64,000 bases of DNA from Macrostomum lignano (Eukaryota). The stretch lies in contig NIVC01000390.1 in the NCBI GenBank assembly GCA_002269645.1, positions 573,781 through 637,780 of the forward strand, in the 5' to 3' direction. Under the pieces are notes generated by a model. That model searched no databases. It had not been told where the DNA came from and was given only the letters and a program-made list of their open reading frames with translations. A program made the position numbers and the translations under genes. Positions 62,288 through 64,000 of this stretch are shown here, piece after piece. Each line of letters opens with the position of its first letter. Within the stretch, counting starts at the first letter, position 1.

Positions 62288-63591
62288 ATGCAAGCTGCCA
62301 AACAGTTAATAGGCACCCGCCAGAAACTTCTCTCTAGCCGACTGTTGAGCCTGCCAAGCAGCAGCATTGGCAGCAGCCGAGCCTACGATGTCAAGCATTA
62401 CGAGGCTAAGAATGAACCAGCGCTTGAATACACTCAGGGCAGCAAGGAGCGCAAGGACGTTGAAGCTGCTCTGTCCAAGTTCGCTTCCGATGGCACAATC
62501 AAGATTCCTATTTGCATTGGCGACCGAGAAATCCACCTGGACGGGGCCAAGCGTCAGGTTAGAGTTTTATTGATATTTTTAAAGTACTTTTGAAATTGCA
62601 GGTGCGCACTCGACTCAAATTATTTCTTTATCTCTCTTGTTTTTTAACTTGCATTTGATTACTTAACGCTGTCTGACTACTATCTCTCCCTCTCCCTCTG
62701 CCTCTGCCCCTTTCCCTCTTCTTTAACTTGAAAATTCTCTTCACCTCTAACCCCTTAAACCCTCTGCAACCAATTATCCTATCTCTATAATATCTACGGT
62801 CTCTAATTCCCATTTACCTCTAATTCCATTTCCCTCTACTACTAATTTCCCTCTACGGTAATTCTCTACTTCTAATCCTAATCTACACATATAAATTCCT
62901 CTCTCCTTCTAATTCTCCTCTCCCTATAATTCCCTCCCCCTCTTATTCCCCTGTCTTTCTATTCCCTTCCCCCTTTAATTCTCCCTAATTCTCTCTAATT
63001 CCCCCCTCTTCCTCTAATTCCCCTCTTCCTCTAATACCCTTTTCCCTCTCCCTCTACTTACTTCCCCCTCCCTCTAATTCCCCACTTTCTCTAATTCCCT
63101 CTCTCCTTCTAATTCCCCGCTTCCTCTAATTCCCTCTCCCTCTAATTCCCCCCTCTCCCTCTAATTCCCCCTCTCCCTCTAATTCCCCCCTCTCCCTCTA
63201 ATTCCCCCTTCCTCTAATTCCCTCTTCCTCTCCCTCTAATTCACCAGGTGGCCCCATTCGACCACAAGCGCACTCTGGCAACGTTCGATTACGCCCCGCC
63301 TGCGCTAATCCAAGAGGCCATAGACAATTGCTGAAGCCAGAGGCGCTGGGAGGCCACGCCGTGGAGGAGCGCCAAGGTGATGCTGCGGGGCGGCCGACAT
63401 GTTGGCGGGCCGATGCGAGCTAACATAGTGGCTGCCACAATGCTTGGCCAGGCCAAGACTGTCTACCAGGCCGAGATTGATGCGGCCGCTGAACTGATTG
63501 ATTTCCTGCGATTCAATGTTGGCAATATGGCTAAGCTCGCCCAGTACCAGCCTATCAGCACTAAGACTGCCGAGAATACCATGGTTTACAG
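62288..63591 (+). CDS. ALDH4A1: Delta-1-pyrroline-5-carboxylate dehydrogenase, mitochondrial (5' part; exons 62288-62557 and 63248-63591, continues past window)
   Basis: Basic mitochondrial-type presequence, NEPALEYTQGSKER, IPICIGDREI, VAPFDHK, AATMLGQAKTVYQAEIDAAAELIDFLRFN and YQPIST...NTMVYR. Several 1-nt indels at ~63330-63410. Confidence 0.93.
62800..63240. repeat. C/T-rich repeat CTCTAATTCCCC(TCTTC) in ALDH4A1 intron 1
   Basis: Tandem low-complexity copies. Confidence 0.85.
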
Positions 63592-63604
63592 GTGAGGACG
63601 GCCC

Positions 63605-64000
63605 AACTCTCAGATGAAGCTATTGACTGTGACAGACTCTCAGATGAAGCTGTTGACTGTGACAGACTCTCAGATGAAGCTGTTGACTGTGACAGACTCT
63701 CAGATGAAGCTGTTGACTGTGACAGACTCTCAGATGAAGCTGTTGACTGTGCCAGACTCTCAGATGAAGCTGTTGACTGTGCCAGACTCTCAGATGAAGC
63801 TCAGTTGACTGTCCCAGACTCTCAGATGATCCACAATTCATCCCAGACTCTCAGATGATGCCACAATTCATCCCAGACTCTCAGATGATGCCACAATTCA
63901 TCCCAGACTCTCAGATGATGCCACAATTCATCCCAGACTCTCAGATGATGCCACAATTCATCCAGACTCTCAGAAGATGCACAATTCTCCAGACTCTCAG
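63605..64000. repeat. Two related 30-bp minisatellites CTCTCAGATGAAGCTGTTGACTGTGACAGA and CTCTCAGATGATGCCACAATTCATCCCAGA (ALDH4A1 intron 2)
   Basis: Tandem copies. The unit switches at ~63820. Confidence 0.92.

Noticed and set aside
63325-63410. Apparent pseudogenisation or programmed frameshifting of ALDH4A1
   Set aside because: Several single-base losses are clustered in ~90 bp of an otherwise highly conserved exon near the window end, with no substitution decay. Low-quality consensus is the best explanation.

Overview
Eukaryotic (animal) genomic DNA. GC-rich, Ala/Gln-rich exons with GT-AG introns are separated by many private minisatellites. This style resembles the flatworm Macrostomum, which is an inference. 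Genes assembled by hand from splice sites and reading phase: two tandem TRAIP-like RING-H2 + coiled-coil genes (1-4254), LYRM9 followed within ~90 bp by ALKBH4, a truncated APE/RT LINE fragment, two tandem secreted paralogues that look like CNTF/IL-6-family four-helix cytokines (11177-12144, 14562-16972), an 11-exon ~990-aa gene encoding Ubl-like x2 - TIR - TIR - SLOG (19034-29361), a single-pass membrane protein with a PDZ-ligand tail, ARHGAP19 (minus strand) and the 5' part of ALDH4A1. The most interesting features are three. The TIR+SLOG protein combines the signal-writer and signal-reader domains of bacterial Thoeris in one animal polypeptide. The neighbouring cytokine-like pair is the second. 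The minisatellites in and between the cytokine genes are built from STAT, AP-1 and kB-like motifs. Scattered single-base indels in conserved exons suggest consensus errors, so frameshifts should be treated cautiously. All family calls come from motif recognition by eye; no searches were run.
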